The translations under genes were made by a program, and so were the position numbers. The notes under the pieces are model-generated. The model saw only the letters and a program-made list of their open reading frames with translations. It ran no database searches and was not told the DNA's origin. A stretch of DNA of 64,000 bases from the human T2T-CHM13v2.0 reference genome, Homo sapiens, in assembly GCF_009914755.1 (NCBI RefSeq), contig NC_060937.1. One strand, given 5' to 3'. Of this stretch, positions 1-16,254 are shown piece by piece. Numbering within the stretch: position 1 is the stretch's first letter; each line of letters opens with the position of its first letter.

Positions 1-585
1 TTTTATATTAGGTACATAAAATATGAAAGTACATCAAATATAGATTATATACTTTACATTAAATACCAAAGTACCCCAAATATATATTTTATACTGTACA
101 TGAAATATCAAAGTTCACAAACTATATATTATATACTGTACATATAATATCAAAGTACCCAAGGTATATATTATATACTGTACAAAAAATAACAAAGTAC
201 CAAAAGCATGTATTATATACTGTACCTAAAATATGAAATTACATCAAATATATATTTTATTCTATACAAAAAATATCAAAGTACACCAGATATATATTCT
301 ATAGTGTACATAAAATATCAAAGTACCCAAACTATACATTATATACTGTAAATAAAATATGAAATTACATCAAATATATATTATATTAGGTACATAAAAT
401 ATGAAAGTACATCAAATATAGATTATATACTGTACATTAAATACCAAAGTACCCCAAATATATATTTTATACTGTACATGAAATATCAAAGTTCACAAAC
501 TATATATTATATACTGTACATATAATATCAAAGTACCCAAGGTATATATTCTATACTGTACAAAAAATATCAAAGCACCAAAAGC

Positions 586-963
586 ATGTATTATATACTG
601 TACATAAAATATGAAAGTACATCAAATATATATTTTATTCTGTACATAAAATATCAAAGTACGCCAGATATATATTCTATAGTGTACATAAAATATCAAA
701 GTAAACAAACTATACATTATATACTGTACATAAAATATGAAATTACATCAAATATATATTATATTAGGTACATAAAATATGAAAGTACATCAAATATAGA
801 TTATATACTGTACATTATATACCAAAGTACCCCAAATATATATTTTATACTGTACATGAAATATCAAAGTTCACAAACTATATATTATATACTGTACAAA
901 AAATATCAAAGTACCCAAGGTATATATTCTCTACTGTACAAAAAATATCAAAGTACCCATAGC
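586..963 (+). repeat. Representative 378-bp 9-monomer higher-order unit (about 170 copies in the window, including 373/375/379-bp indel variants)
   Basis: Nine distinguishable monomer types recur in fixed order (translated tags STQSMYY, ESTSNIYF, STPDIYS, STQTIHY, EITSNIYYIR, ESTSNID, STPNIY, SSQTIY, STQGIYS). The landmark AGCATG has its ATG at 586, 964 and 1342 (378-bp spacing). A 378-bp 9-mer is the known HSat1A higher-order unit. Confidence 0.95.
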
Positions 964-3659
964 ATGTATTATATACTGTACCTAAAATATGAAAGTACAT
1001 CAAATATATATTTTATTCTGTACATAAAATATCAAAGTACACCACATATATATTCTATAGTGTACATAAAATATCAAAGTACCCAAACTATACATTATAT
1101 ACTGTACATAAAATATGAAATTACATCAAATATATATTATATTAGGTACATAAAATATGAAAGTACATCAAATATAGATTATATACTGTACATAAAATAT
1201 CAAAGTACCCCAAATATATATTATATACTCTACATGAAATATCAAAGTTCACAAGCTATATATTATATACTGTACATAAAATATCAAAGTACCCAAGGTA
1301 TATATTCTATACTGCACAAAAAATATCAAAGTACCCAAAGCATGTATTATATACTGTACATAAAATATGAAAGTACATCGAATATATATTTTATTCTGTA
1401 CATAAAATATCAAAGTACACCAGATATATATTCTATAGTGTACATAAAATATCAAAGTACCCAAACTATACATTATATTCTGTACATAAAATATGAAATT
1501 ACATCAAATATATATTAGGTACATAAAATATGAAAGTACATCAAATATAGATTATATACTGTACATAAAGTATCAAAGTACCCCAAATATATATTATATA
1601 CTCTACATGAAATATCAAAGTTCACAAACTATATATTATATACTGTACATAAAATATGAAATTACATCAAATATATTTTATATTAGGTACATAAAATATG
1701 AAAGTACATCAAATATAGATTATATACTGTACATAAAATATCAATGTACCCCAAATATATATTTTATACTCTACATGAAATATCAAAGTTCACAAACCAT
1801 ATATTGTATACTGTACATAAAATATCAAAGTACCCAAGGTATGTATTCTATACTGTACAAAAAATATCAAAGTACCCAAAGCACGTATTATATACTGTAC
1901 ATAAAATATGAAATTACATCAAATATATATTTTATTCTGTACATAAAATATCAAAGTACACCAGATATATATTCTACAGTGTACATAAAATATCAAAGTA
2001 CCCAAACTATACATTATATATTGTACATAAAATATGAAATTACAACAAATATATATTATATTAGGTAAATAAAATATGAAAGTACATCAAATATAGATTA
2101 TATACTGTACATTAAGTACCAAAGTACCCCAAATATATATTTTATACTGTACATGAAATATCAAAGTTCACAAACTATATATTATATACTGTACATAAAA
2201 TATCAAAGTATCCAAGGTATATATTATATACTGTACAAAAAATAACAAAGTACCCAAAGCATGTATTATATACTGTACATAAAATATGAAAGTACATCAA
2301 ATATATATTTTATTCTGTACATAAAATATCAAGATACACCAGATATATATTCTATAGTGTACATTAAATATCAAAGTACCCAAAGTATAAATTATATACT
2401 GTACATAAAATATGAAATTACATCAAATATATATTATATTATGTACATAAAATATGAAAGTTCATCAAATATAGATTATATAATGTACATTAAATACCAA
2501 AGTACCCCAAATATATATTTTATACTGTACATGAAATATCAAAGTTCACAAACTCTATATTATATACTGTACATAAAATATCAAAGTACCCAAGGTATAT
2601 ATTCTATACTGTACAAAAGATATCAAAGTACCCAAAGCATGTATTATATACTGTACATAAAATATGAAAGTACATCAAATATATATTTTATTCTGTACAT
2701 AAAATATCAAAGTACACCAATTATATATTCTATAGTGTACAAAAAATATCAAAGTACCCAAACTATTTATTATATACTGTACATAAAATAAGAAATTACA
2801 TCAAATATATATTATATTAGGTACATAAAATATGAAAGTACATCAAATATAGATTATATACTGTACATTAAATACCAAAGTACCCCAAATATATATTTTA
2901 TACTGTACATGAAATATCAAAGTTCACAAACTATATGTTATATACTGTACATAAAATATCAAAGTACCCAAGGTATATATTCTATACTGTACAAAAAATA
3001 TCAAAGTACCAAAAGCATGTATTTTATACTGTACCTAAAATATGAAAGTACATCAAATATATATTTTATTCTGTACATAAAATATCAAAGTACACCAGAT
3101 ATATATTCTATAGTGTACATAAAATAGCAAAGTACACAAACTATAAATTATATACTGTACATAAAATATGAAATTACATCAAATATATATTAGGTACATA
3201 AAATATGAAAGTACATCAAATATAGATTATATACTGTACATAAAATATCAATGTACCCCAAATATATATTTTATACTCTACATGAAATATCAAAGTTCAC
3301 AAACTATATATTATATACTGTACATAAAATATCAAAGTACCCAAGGTATATATTCTATACCGTACAAAAAATATCAAAGTACCCAAAGCATGTATTATAT
3401 ACTGTACATAAAATATGAAAGTACATCAAATATATATTTTATTCTGTACAACAAATATCAAAGTACACCAGATATATATTCTATAGTGTACATAAAATAA
3501 CAAAGTACACAAACTATAAATTATATACTGTATATAAAATATGAAATTACATCAAAAATATATTAGGTACATAAAATATGAAAGTACATCAAATATAGAT
3601 TATATACTCTACATAAAATATCAATGTAGACGAAATATATATTTTATACTCTAGATGAA

Positions 3660-5100
3660 ATATCAAAGTTCACAAACTATATATTATATACTGTACATAA
3701 AATATGAAAATACCCAAGGTATATATTCTATACTGAACAAAAAATATCAAAGTACCCAAAGCATGTATTATATACTGTACATAAAATATGAAAGTACATC
3801 AAATATATATTTTATTCTGTACATAAAATATCAAAGTACACCAGATATATATTCTATAGTGTACATAAAATATCAAAGTACCCAAACTATACATTATATA
3901 CTGTACAGAAAATATGAAATTACAGCAAATATGTATTATATTAGGTACATAAAATATGAAAGTACATCAAATATAGATTATATACTGTACATTAAATACC
4001 AAAGTACCCCAAATATATATTTTATACTGTACATGAAATATCAAAGTTCACAAACTATATATTATATACTGTACATAAAATATCAAAGTACACAAGGTAT
4101 ATATTCTATACTGTACAAAAAATATCAAAGTACCCAAAGCATGTATTATAAACTGTACATAAAATATGAAGGTACATCAAATATATATTTTATTCTGTAC
4201 ATAAAATATCAAAGTACACCAGATATATATTCTATAGTGTACATAAAATATCAAAGTACCCAAACTATACATTATATACTGTACATAAAATATGAAATTA
4301 CATCAAATATATATTATATTAGGTACATAAAATATGAAAGTACATCAAATATAGATTATATACTCTACATAAAATATCAATATACCCCAAATATATATTT
4401 TACACTGTACATGAAATATCAAAGTTCACAAACTATATATTATATACTGTACATAAAATATCAAAATACCCAAGGTATATATTCTATACTGAACAAAAAA
4501 TATCAAAGTACCCAAAGCATGTATTATATACTGTACATAAAATATGAAAGTACATCAAATATATATTTTATTCTGTACATAAAATATCAAAGTACACCAG
4601 ATATATATTCTATAGTGTACATAAAATATCAAAGTACCCAAACTATACATTATATACTGTACAGAAAATATGAAATTACAGCAAATATATATTATATTAG
4701 GTACATAAAAGATGAAAGTGCATCAAATATAGATTATATACTGTACATTAAATACCAAAGTACCCCAAATATATATTTTATACTGTACATGAAATATCAA
4801 AGTTCACAAACTATATATTATATACTGTACATAAAATATCAAAGTACACAAGGTATATATTCTATACTGTACAAAAAATATCAAAGTACCCAAAGCATGT
4901 ATTATAAACTGTACATAAAATATGAAAGTACATCAAATATATATTTTATTCTGTACATAAAATATCAAAGTACACCAGATATATATTCTATAGTGTACAT
5001 AAAATATCAAAGTACCCAAACTATACATTATATACTGTACATAAAATATGAAATTACATCAAATATATATTATATTAGGTACATAAAATATGAAAGTACA
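3660..5100 (+). repeat. 756-bp (2 x 378) tandem dimer duplication, copied again at ~13149-14589
   Basis: Private variants recur at +756: CTGAACAA (GAAC at 3735/4491), ACAGAAAA (3905/4661), TTACAGC, and ATAAACTG (~4149/4905). Confidence 0.88.
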
Positions 5101-8100
5101 TCATTATAGATTATATACTGTACATAAAATATCAAAGTACCCAAATATATATTATATACTCTACATGAAATATCAAAGTTCACAAACTATATATTATATA
5201 CTGTACATAAAATATCAAAGTACCCAAGCTATATATTCTATACTGCACAAAAAATATCAAAGTACCCAAAGCATGTATTATATACTGTATATAAAATATG
5301 AAAGTACATCAAATATATATTTTATTCTGTACATAAACTATCAAAGTACACCAGATATATATTCTATAGTGTACATAAAATAACAAAGTACACAAACTAT
5401 AAATTATATACTGTACATAAAATATGAAATTACATCAAATATATTTCAGGTACATAAAATATGAAAGTACATCAAATATAGATTATATACTGTATATAAA
5501 ATATCAATGTACCCCAAATATATATTTTATACTCTACATGAAATATCAAAGTTCACAATCCATATATTATATACTCTACATAAAATATCAAAGTACACAA
5601 GGTATATATTCTATACTATACAAAAAATATAAAAGTTCCCAAAACATGTATTATATACTGTACATAAAATATGAAAGTACATCAAATATATATTTTATTC
5701 TGTACATAAAATATCAAAGTACACCAGATATATATTCTATAGTGTACATAAAATAACAAAGTACACAAACTATAAATTATATACTGTACATAAAATATGA
5801 GATTACATCAAATATATATTATATTAGGTACATAAAATATGAAAGTACATCAAATATAGATTATATACTGTACATTAAATACCAAAGTACCCCAAATATA
5901 TATTTTATACTGTACATGAAATATCAAAGTTCACAAACTATATATTATATACTGTACATAAAATATCAAAGTACCCAAGGTATATATTCTATACTGTACA
6001 AAAAATATCAAAGTACCCAAAGCATGTATTATATACTGTACATAAAATATGAAAGTACATCAAATATATATTTTATTCTGTACATAAAATATCAAGGTAC
6101 ACCAGATATATATTCTATAGTGTACATAAAATATCAAAGTACCCAAAGTATAAATTATATACTGTACATAAAATATGAAATTACATCAAATATATATTAT
6201 ATTATGTACGTAAAATATGAAAGTACATCAAATATAGATTATATACTGTACATTAAATACCAAAGTACCCCAAATATATATTTTATACTGTACATGAAAT
6301 ATCAAAGTTCACAAACTCTATATTATATACTTTACATAAAATATCAAAGTACCCAAGGTATATATTCTATACTGTACAAAAGATATCAAAGTACCCAAAG
6401 CATGTATTATATACTGTACATAAAATATGAAACTACATCAAATATATATTTTATTCTGTACAAAAAATACAAAGTACACCAGACATATTTTCTATAGTGT
6501 ACATAAAATATCAAAGTACCCAAAGCATGTATTATATACTGTACATAAAATATGAAAGTACATCAAATATATATTTTATTCTGTACATAAAATATCAAAG
6601 TACACCAGATATATATTCTATAGTGTACATAAAATATCAAAAGCACCCAAACTATACATTATATACTGTACATAAAATATGAAATTACATCAAATATATA
6701 TTATATTAGGTACATAAAATATGAAAGTACATCAAATATAGATTATATACTGTACATAAAATATCAAAGTACCCCAAATATATATTATATACTCTACATG
6801 AAATATCAAAGTTCACAAACTATATATTATGTACTGTACATAAAATATCAAAGTACCCAAGGTATATATTCTATACTGCACAAAAAATATCAAAGTACCC
6901 AAAGCATGTATTATATACTGTACATAAAATATGAAAGTACATCAAATATATATTTTATTCTGTACATAATATATCAAGGTACACCAGATATATATTCTAT
7001 AGTGTACATAAAATAACAAAGTACACAAACTATAGATTATATACTGTACATAAAATATGAAATTACATCAAATATATATTGGGTACATAAAATATGAAAG
7101 TACATCAAATTTAGATTATATACTGTACATAAAATATCAATGTACCCCAAATATATATTTTATACTCTACATGAAATATCAAAGTTCACAAACCATATGT
7201 TGTATACTGTACATAAAATATCAAAGTACCCAAGGTTTATATTCTATACTGTACAAAAAATATCAAAGTACCCAATGCATGTATTATACACTGTACATAA
7301 AATATGAAAGTACATCAAATATATATTTTAATCTGTACATAAAATATCAAAGTACACCAGATATATATTCTATAGTGTACATAAAATATCAAAGTACCCA
7401 AACTATACATTATATACTGTACATAAAATATGAAATTACATCAAATATATATTAGGTACATAAAATATGAAAGTACATCAAATATAGATTATATACTGTA
7501 CATAAAATATCAATGTACCCCAAATATATATTTTATACTCTACATTAAATATCAAAGTTCAGAAACTATATATTATATACTGTACATAAAATATCAAAGT
7601 ACCCAAGGTATATATTCTATACTGTACAAAAAATATCAAAGTACCCAAAGCATGTATTATATACTGTACCTAAAATATGAAAGTACATCAAATATATATT
7701 TTATTCTGTACATAAAATATCAAAGTACACCAGATGTATATTCTATAGTGTACATAAAATATCAAAGTACCCAAACTATACATTATATAATGTACATAAA
7801 ATATGAAATTACATCAAATATATATTATATTAGGTACATAAAATATGAAAGTACATCAAATATAGATTATACACACTACATAAAATATCAAAGTACCCCA
7901 AATATATATTATATACTCTACATGAAATATCAAAGTTTGTAAACTATATATTATATACTGTACATAAAATAAAGTCCCCAAGGTATATATTCTATACTGT
8001 AGATAAAATACCAAAGTACCCAAAGCATGTATTATATACTGTATATAAAATATGGAAGTACATCAAATATATATTTTATTCTGTACATAAAATATCAAAG

Positions 8101-11100
8101 TACACCAGATATATATTCTATAGTGTACATAAAATAACAAAGTACAAAAACTATATATTATATACTATACATAAAATATGAAATTACATCAAATATATAT
8201 TAGGTACATAAAATATGAAAGTACATCAAATATAGATTATATACTGTACATAAAATTTCAATGTACCCCAAATATATATTTTATACTCTACATGAAATAT
8301 CAAAGTTCACAAACTATATATTATATACTGTACATAAAATATCAAAGTACCCAAGGAATATATTCTATACTATACAAAAAATATCAAAGTACCCAAAGCA
8401 TGTATTATATACTGTACCTAAAATATGAAAGTACATCAAATATATATTTTATTCTGTACATAAAATATCAAAGTACACCAGATATATATTCTATAGTGTA
8501 CATAAAATATCAAAGTACCCAAACTATACATTATATACTGTCCATAAAATATGAAATTACATCAAATATATTTTATATTAGGTACATAAAATATAAAAGT
8601 ACATCAAATATAGATTATATACTGTACATTAAATACCAAAGTACCCCAAATATATATTTTATACTGTACATGAAATATCAAAGTTCACAAACTATATATT
8701 ATATACTGTACATATAATATCAAAGTACCCAAGGTATATATTCTATACTGTACAAAAAATAACAAAGTACCAAAAGCATGTATAATATACTGTATATAAA
8801 ATATGAAAGTACATCAAATATATATTTTATTCTGTACATAAAATATCAAAGTACACCAGATATGTATTCTATAGTGTACATAAAATATCAAAGTACCCAA
8901 ACTATACATTATATACTGTTCATAAAATATGAAATTACATCAAATATATATTATATTAGGTACATAAAATATCAAAGTACATCAAATATAGATTATATAC
9001 TGTACATAAAATATCAAAGTACCCCAAATATATATTATATACTCTACATGAAATATCAAAGTACACAAGCTATATATTATATACTGTACATAAAATATCA
9101 AAGTACCCAAGGTATATATTCTATACTGCACAAAAAATATCAAAGTACCCAAAGCATGTATTATATACTGTACATAAAATATGAAAGTACATCGAATATA
9201 TATTTTATTCTGTACATAAAATATCAAAGTACACCAGATATATATTCTATAGTGTACATAAAATATCAAAGTACCCAAACTATACATTATATTCTGTACA
9301 TAAAATATGAAATTACATCAAATATATATTAGGTACATAAAATATGAAAGTACATCAAATATAGATTATATAGTGTACATAAAATATCAAAGTACCCCAA
9401 ATATATATTATATACTCTACATGAAATATCAAAGTTCACAAACTATATATTATATACTGTACATAAAATATGAAATTACATCAAATATATTTTATATTAG
9501 GTACATAAAATATGAAAGTACATCAAATATAGATTATATACTTTACATTAAATACCAAAGTACCCCAAATATATATTTTATACTGTACATGAAATATCAA
9601 AGTTCACAAACTATATATTATATACTGTACATATAATATCAAAGTACCCAAGGTATATATTATATACTGTACAAAAAATAACAAAGTACCAAAAGCATGT
9701 ATTATATACTGTACCTAAAATATGAAATTACATCAAATATATATTTTATTCTATACAAAAAATATCAAAGTACACCAGATATATATTCTATAGTGTACAT
9801 AAAATATCAAAGTACCCAAACTATACATTATATACTGTAAATAAAATATGAAATTACATCAAATATATATTATATTAGGTACATAAAATATGAAAGTACA
9901 TCAAATATAGATTATATACTGTACATTAAATACCAAAGTACCCCAAATATATATTTTATACTGTACATGAAATATCAAAGTTCACAAACTATATATTATA
10001 TACTGTACATATAATATCAAAGTACCCAAGGTATATATTCTATACTGTACAAAAAATATCAAAGCACCAAAAGCATGTATTATATACTGTACATAAAATA
10101 TGAAAGTACATCAAATATATATTTTATTCTGTACATAAAATATCAAAGTACGCCAGATATATATTCTATAGTGTACATAAAATATCAAAGTAAACAAACT
10201 ATACATTATATACTGTACATAAAATATGAAATTACATCAAATATATATTATATTAGGTACATAAAATATGAAAGTACATCAAATATAGATTATATACTGT
10301 ACATTAAATACCAAAGTACCCCAAATATATATTTTATACTGTACATGAAATATCAAAGTTCACAAACTATATATTATATACTGTACAAAAAATATCAAAG
10401 TACCCAAGGTATATATTCTCTACTGTACAAAAAATATCAAAGTACCCAAAGCATGTATTATATACTGTACCTAAAATATGAAAGTACATCAAATATATAT
10501 TTTATTCTGTACATAAAATATCAAAGTACACCACATATATATTCTATAGTGTACATAAAATATCAAAGTACCCAAACTATACATTATATACTGTACAAAA
10601 AATATGAAATTACATCAAATATATATTATATTAGGTACATAAAATATGAAAGTACATCAAATATAGATTATATACTGTACATAAAATATCAAAGTACCCC
10701 AAATATATATTATATACTCTACATGAAATATCAAAGTTCACAAGCTATATATTATATAGTGTACATAAAATATCAAAGTACCCAAGGTATATATTCTATA
10801 CTGCACAAAAAATATCAAAGTACCCAAAGCATGTATTATATACTGTACATAAAATATGAAAGTACATCGAATATATATTTTATTCTGTACATAAAATATC
10901 AAAGTACACCAGATATATATTCTATAGTGTACATAAAATATCAAAGTACCCAAACTATACATTATATTCTGTACATAAAATATGAAATTACATCAAATAT
11001 ATATTAGGTACATAAAATATGAAAGTACATCAAATATAGATTATATACTGTACATAAAATATCAAAGTACCCCAAATATATATTATATAATCTACATGAA

Positions 11101-14100
11101 ATATCAAAGTTCACAAACTATATATTATATACTGTACATAAAATATGAAATTACATCAAATATATTTTATATTAGGTACATAAAATATGAAAGTACATCA
11201 AATATAGATTATATACTGTACATAAAATATCAATGTACCCCAAATATATATTTTATACTCTACATGAAATATCAAAGTTCACAAACCATATATTGTATAC
11301 TGTACATAAAATATCAAAGTACCCAAGGTATGTATTCTATACTGTACAAAAAATATCAAAGTACCCAAAGCACGTATTATATACTGTACATAAAATATGA
11401 AATTACATCAAATATATATTTTATTCTGTACATAAAATATCAAAGTACACCAGATATATATTCTACAGTGTACATAAAATATCAAAGTACCCAAACTATA
11501 CATTATATATTGTACATAAAATATGAAATTACAACAAATATATATTATATTAGGTAAATAAAATATGAAAGTACATCAAATATAGATTATATACTGTAGA
11601 TTAAGTACCAAAGTACCCCAAATATATATTTTATACTGTACATGAAATATCAAAGTTCACAAACTATATATTATATACTGTACATAAAATATCAAAGTAT
11701 CCAAGGTATATATTATATACTGTACAAAAAATAACAAAGTACCCAAAGCATGTATTATATACTGTACATAAAATATGAAAGTACATCAAATATATATTTT
11801 ATTCTGTACATAAAATATCAAGATACACCAGATATATATTCTATAGTGTACATAAAATATCAAAGTACCCAAAGTATAAATTATATACTGTACATAAAAT
11901 ATGAAATTACATCAAATATATATTATATTATGTACATAAAATATGAAAGTTCATCAAATATAGATTATATAATGTACATTAAATACCAAAGTACCCCAAA
12001 TATATATTTTATACTGTACATGAAATATCAAAGTTCACAAACTCTATATTATATACTGTACATAAAATATCAAAGTACCCAAGGTATATATTCTATACTG
12101 TACAAAAGATATCAAAGTACCCAAAGCATGTATTATATACTGTACATAAAATATGAAAGTACATCAAATATATATTTTATTCTGTACATAAAATATCAAA
12201 GTACACCAATTATATATTCTATAGTGTACAAAAAATATCAAAGTACCCAAACTATTTATTATATACTGTACATAAAATATGAAATTACATCAAATATATA
12301 TTATATTAAGTACATAAAATATGAAAGTACATCAAATATAGATTATATACTGTACATTAAATACCAAAGTACCCCAAATATATATTTTATACTGTACATG
12401 AAATATCAAAGTTCACAAACTATACGTTATATACTGTACATAAAATATCAAAGTACCCAAGGTATATATTCTATACTGTACAAAAAATATCAAAGTACCA
12501 AAAGCATGTATTTTATACTGTACCTAAAATATGAAAGTTCATCAAATATATATTTTATTCTGTACATAAAATATCAAAGTACACCAGATATATATTCTAT
12601 AGTGTACATAAAATAGCAAAGTACACAAACTATAAATTATATACTGTACATAAAATATGAAATTACATCAAATATATATTAGGTACATAAAATATGAAAG
12701 TACATCAAATATAGATTATATACTGTACATAAAATATCAATGTACCCCAAATATATATTTTATACTCTACATGAAATATCAAAGTTCACAAACTATATAT
12801 TATATACTGTACATAAAATATCAAAGTACCCAAGGTATATATTCTATACTGTACAAAAAATATCAAAGTACCCAAAGCATGTATTATATACTGTACATAA
12901 AATATGAAAGTACATCAAATATATATTTTATTCTGTACAACAAATATCAAAGTACACCAGATATATATTCTATAGTGTACATAAAATAACAAAGTACACA
13001 AACTATAAATTATATACTGTATATAAAATATGAAATTACATCAAAAATATATTAGGTACATAAAATATGAAAGTACATCAAATATAGATTATATACTCTA
13101 CATAAAATATCAATGTAGATGAAATATATATTTTATACTCTAGATGAAATATCAAAGTTCACAAACTATATATTATATACTGTACATAAAATATCAAAAT
13201 ACCCAAGGTATATATTCTATACTGAAAAAAAAATATCAAAGTACCCAAAGCATGTATTATATACTGTACATAAAATATGAAAGTACATCAAATATATATT
13301 TTATTCTGTACATAAAATATCAAAGTACACCAGATATATATTCTATAGTGTACATAAAATATCAAAGTACCCAAACTATACATTATATACTGTACAGAAA
13401 ATATGAAATTACAGCAAATATGTATTATATAAGGTACATAAATTATGAAAGTACATCAAATATAGATTATATACTGTACATTAAATACCAAAGTACCCCA
13501 AATATATATTTTATACTGTACATGAAATATCAAAGTTCACAAACTATATATTATATACTGTACATAAAATATCAAAGTACACAAGGTATATATTCTATAC
13601 TGTACAAAAAATATCAAAGTACCCAAAGCATGTATTATAAACTGTACATAAAATATGAAGGTACATCAAATATATATTTTATTCTGTACATAAAATATCA
13701 AAGTACACCAGATATATATTCTATAGTGTACATAAAATATCAAAGTACCCAAACTATACATTATATACTGTACATAAAATATGAAATTACATCAAATATA
13801 TATTATATTAGGTACATAAAATATGAAAGTACATCAAATATAGATTATATACTCTACATAAAATATCAATATACCCCAAATATATATTTTACACTGTACA
13901 TGAAATATCAAAGTTCACAAACTATATATTATATACTGTACATAAAATATCAAAATACCCAAGGTATATATTCTATACTGAACAAAAAATATCAAAGTAC
14001 CCAAAGCATGTATTATATACTGTACATAAAATATGAAAGTACATCAAATATATATTTTATTCTGTACATAAAATATCAAAGTACACCAGATATATATTCT

Positions 14101-16254
14101 ATAGTGTACATAAAATATCAAAGTACCCAAACTATACATTATATACTGTACAGAAAATATGAAATTACAGCAAATATATATTATATTAGGTACATAAAAG
14201 ATGAAAGTGCATCAAATATAGATTATATACTGTACATTAAATACCAAAGTACACCAAATATATATTTTATACTGTACATGAAATATCAAAGTTCACAAAC
14301 TATATATTATATACTGTACATAAAATATCAAAGTACACAAGGTATATATTCTATACTGTACAAAAAATATCAAAGTACCCAAAGCATGTATTATAAACTG
14401 TACATAAAATATGAAAGTACATCAAATATATATTTTATTCTGTACATAAAATATCAAAGTACACCAGATATATATTCTATAGTGTACATAAAATATCAAA
14501 GTACCCAAACTATACATTATATACTGTACATAAAATATGAAATTACATCAAATATATATTATATTAGGTACATAAAATATGAAAGTACATCATTATAGAT
14601 TATATACTGTACATAAAATATCAAAGTACCCAAATATATATTATATACTCTACATGAAATATCAAAGTTCACAAACTATATATTATATACTGTACATAAA
14701 ATATCAAAGTACCCAAGCTATATATTCTATACTGCACAAAAAATATCAAAGTACCCAAAGCATGTATTATATACTGTATATAAAATATGAAAGTACATCA
14801 AATATATATTTTATTCTGTACATAAAATATCAAAGTACACCAGATATATATTCTATAGTGTACATAAAATAACAAAGTACACAAACTATAAATTATATAC
14901 TGTACATAAAATATGAAATTACATCAAATATATTTCAGGTACATAAAATATGAAAGTACATCAAATATAGATTATATACTGTATATAAAATATCAATGTA
15001 CCCCAAATATATATTTTATACTCTACATGAAATATCAAAGTTCACAATCCATATATTATATACTCTACATAAAATATCAAAGTACACAAGGTATATATTC
15101 TATACTATACAAAAAATATAAAAGTTCCCAAAACATGTATTATATACTGTACATAAAATATGAAAGTACATCAAATATATATTTTATTCTGTACATAAAA
15201 TATCAAAGTACACCAGATATATATTCTATAGTGTACATAAAATAACAAAGTACACAAACTATAAATTATATACTGTACATAAAATATGAGATTACATCAA
15301 ATATATATTATATTAGGTACATAAAATATGAAAGTACATCAAATATAGATTATATACTGTACATTAAATACCAAAGTACCCCAAATATATAATTTATACT
15401 GTACATGAAATATCAAAGTTCACAAACTATATATTATATACTGTACATAAAATATCAAAGTACCCAAGGTATATATTCTATACTGTACAAAAAATATCAA
15501 AGTACCCAAAGCATGTATTATATACTGTACATAAAATATGAAAGTACATCAAATATATATTTTATTCTGTACATAAAATATCAAGGTACACCAGATATAT
15601 ATTCTATAGTGTACATAAAATATCAAAGTACCCAAAGTATAAATTATATACTGTACATAAAATATGAAATTACATCAAATATATATTATATTATGTACAT
15701 AAAATATGAAAGTACATCAAATATAGATTATATAATGTACATTAAATACCAAAGTACCCCAAATATATATTTTATACTGTACATGAAATATCAAAGTTCA
15801 CAAACTCTATATTATATACTTTACATAAAATATCAAAGTACCCAAGGTATATATTCTATACTGTACAAAAGATATCAAAGTACCCAAAGCATGTATTATA
15901 TACTGTACATAAAATATGAAACTACATCAAATATATATTTTATTCTGTACAAAAAATACAAAGTACACCAGACATATTTTCTATAGTGTACATAAAATAT
16001 CAAAGTACCCAAAGCATGTATTATATACTGTACATAAAATATGAAAGTACATCAAATATATATTTTATTCTGTACATAAAATATCAAAGTACACCAGATA
16101 TATATTCTATAGTGTACATAAAATATCAAAAGCACCCAAACTATACATTATATACTGTACATAAAATATGAAATTACATCAAATATATATTATATTAGGT
16201 ACATAAAATATGAAAGTACATCAAATATAGATTATATACTGTACATAAAATATC

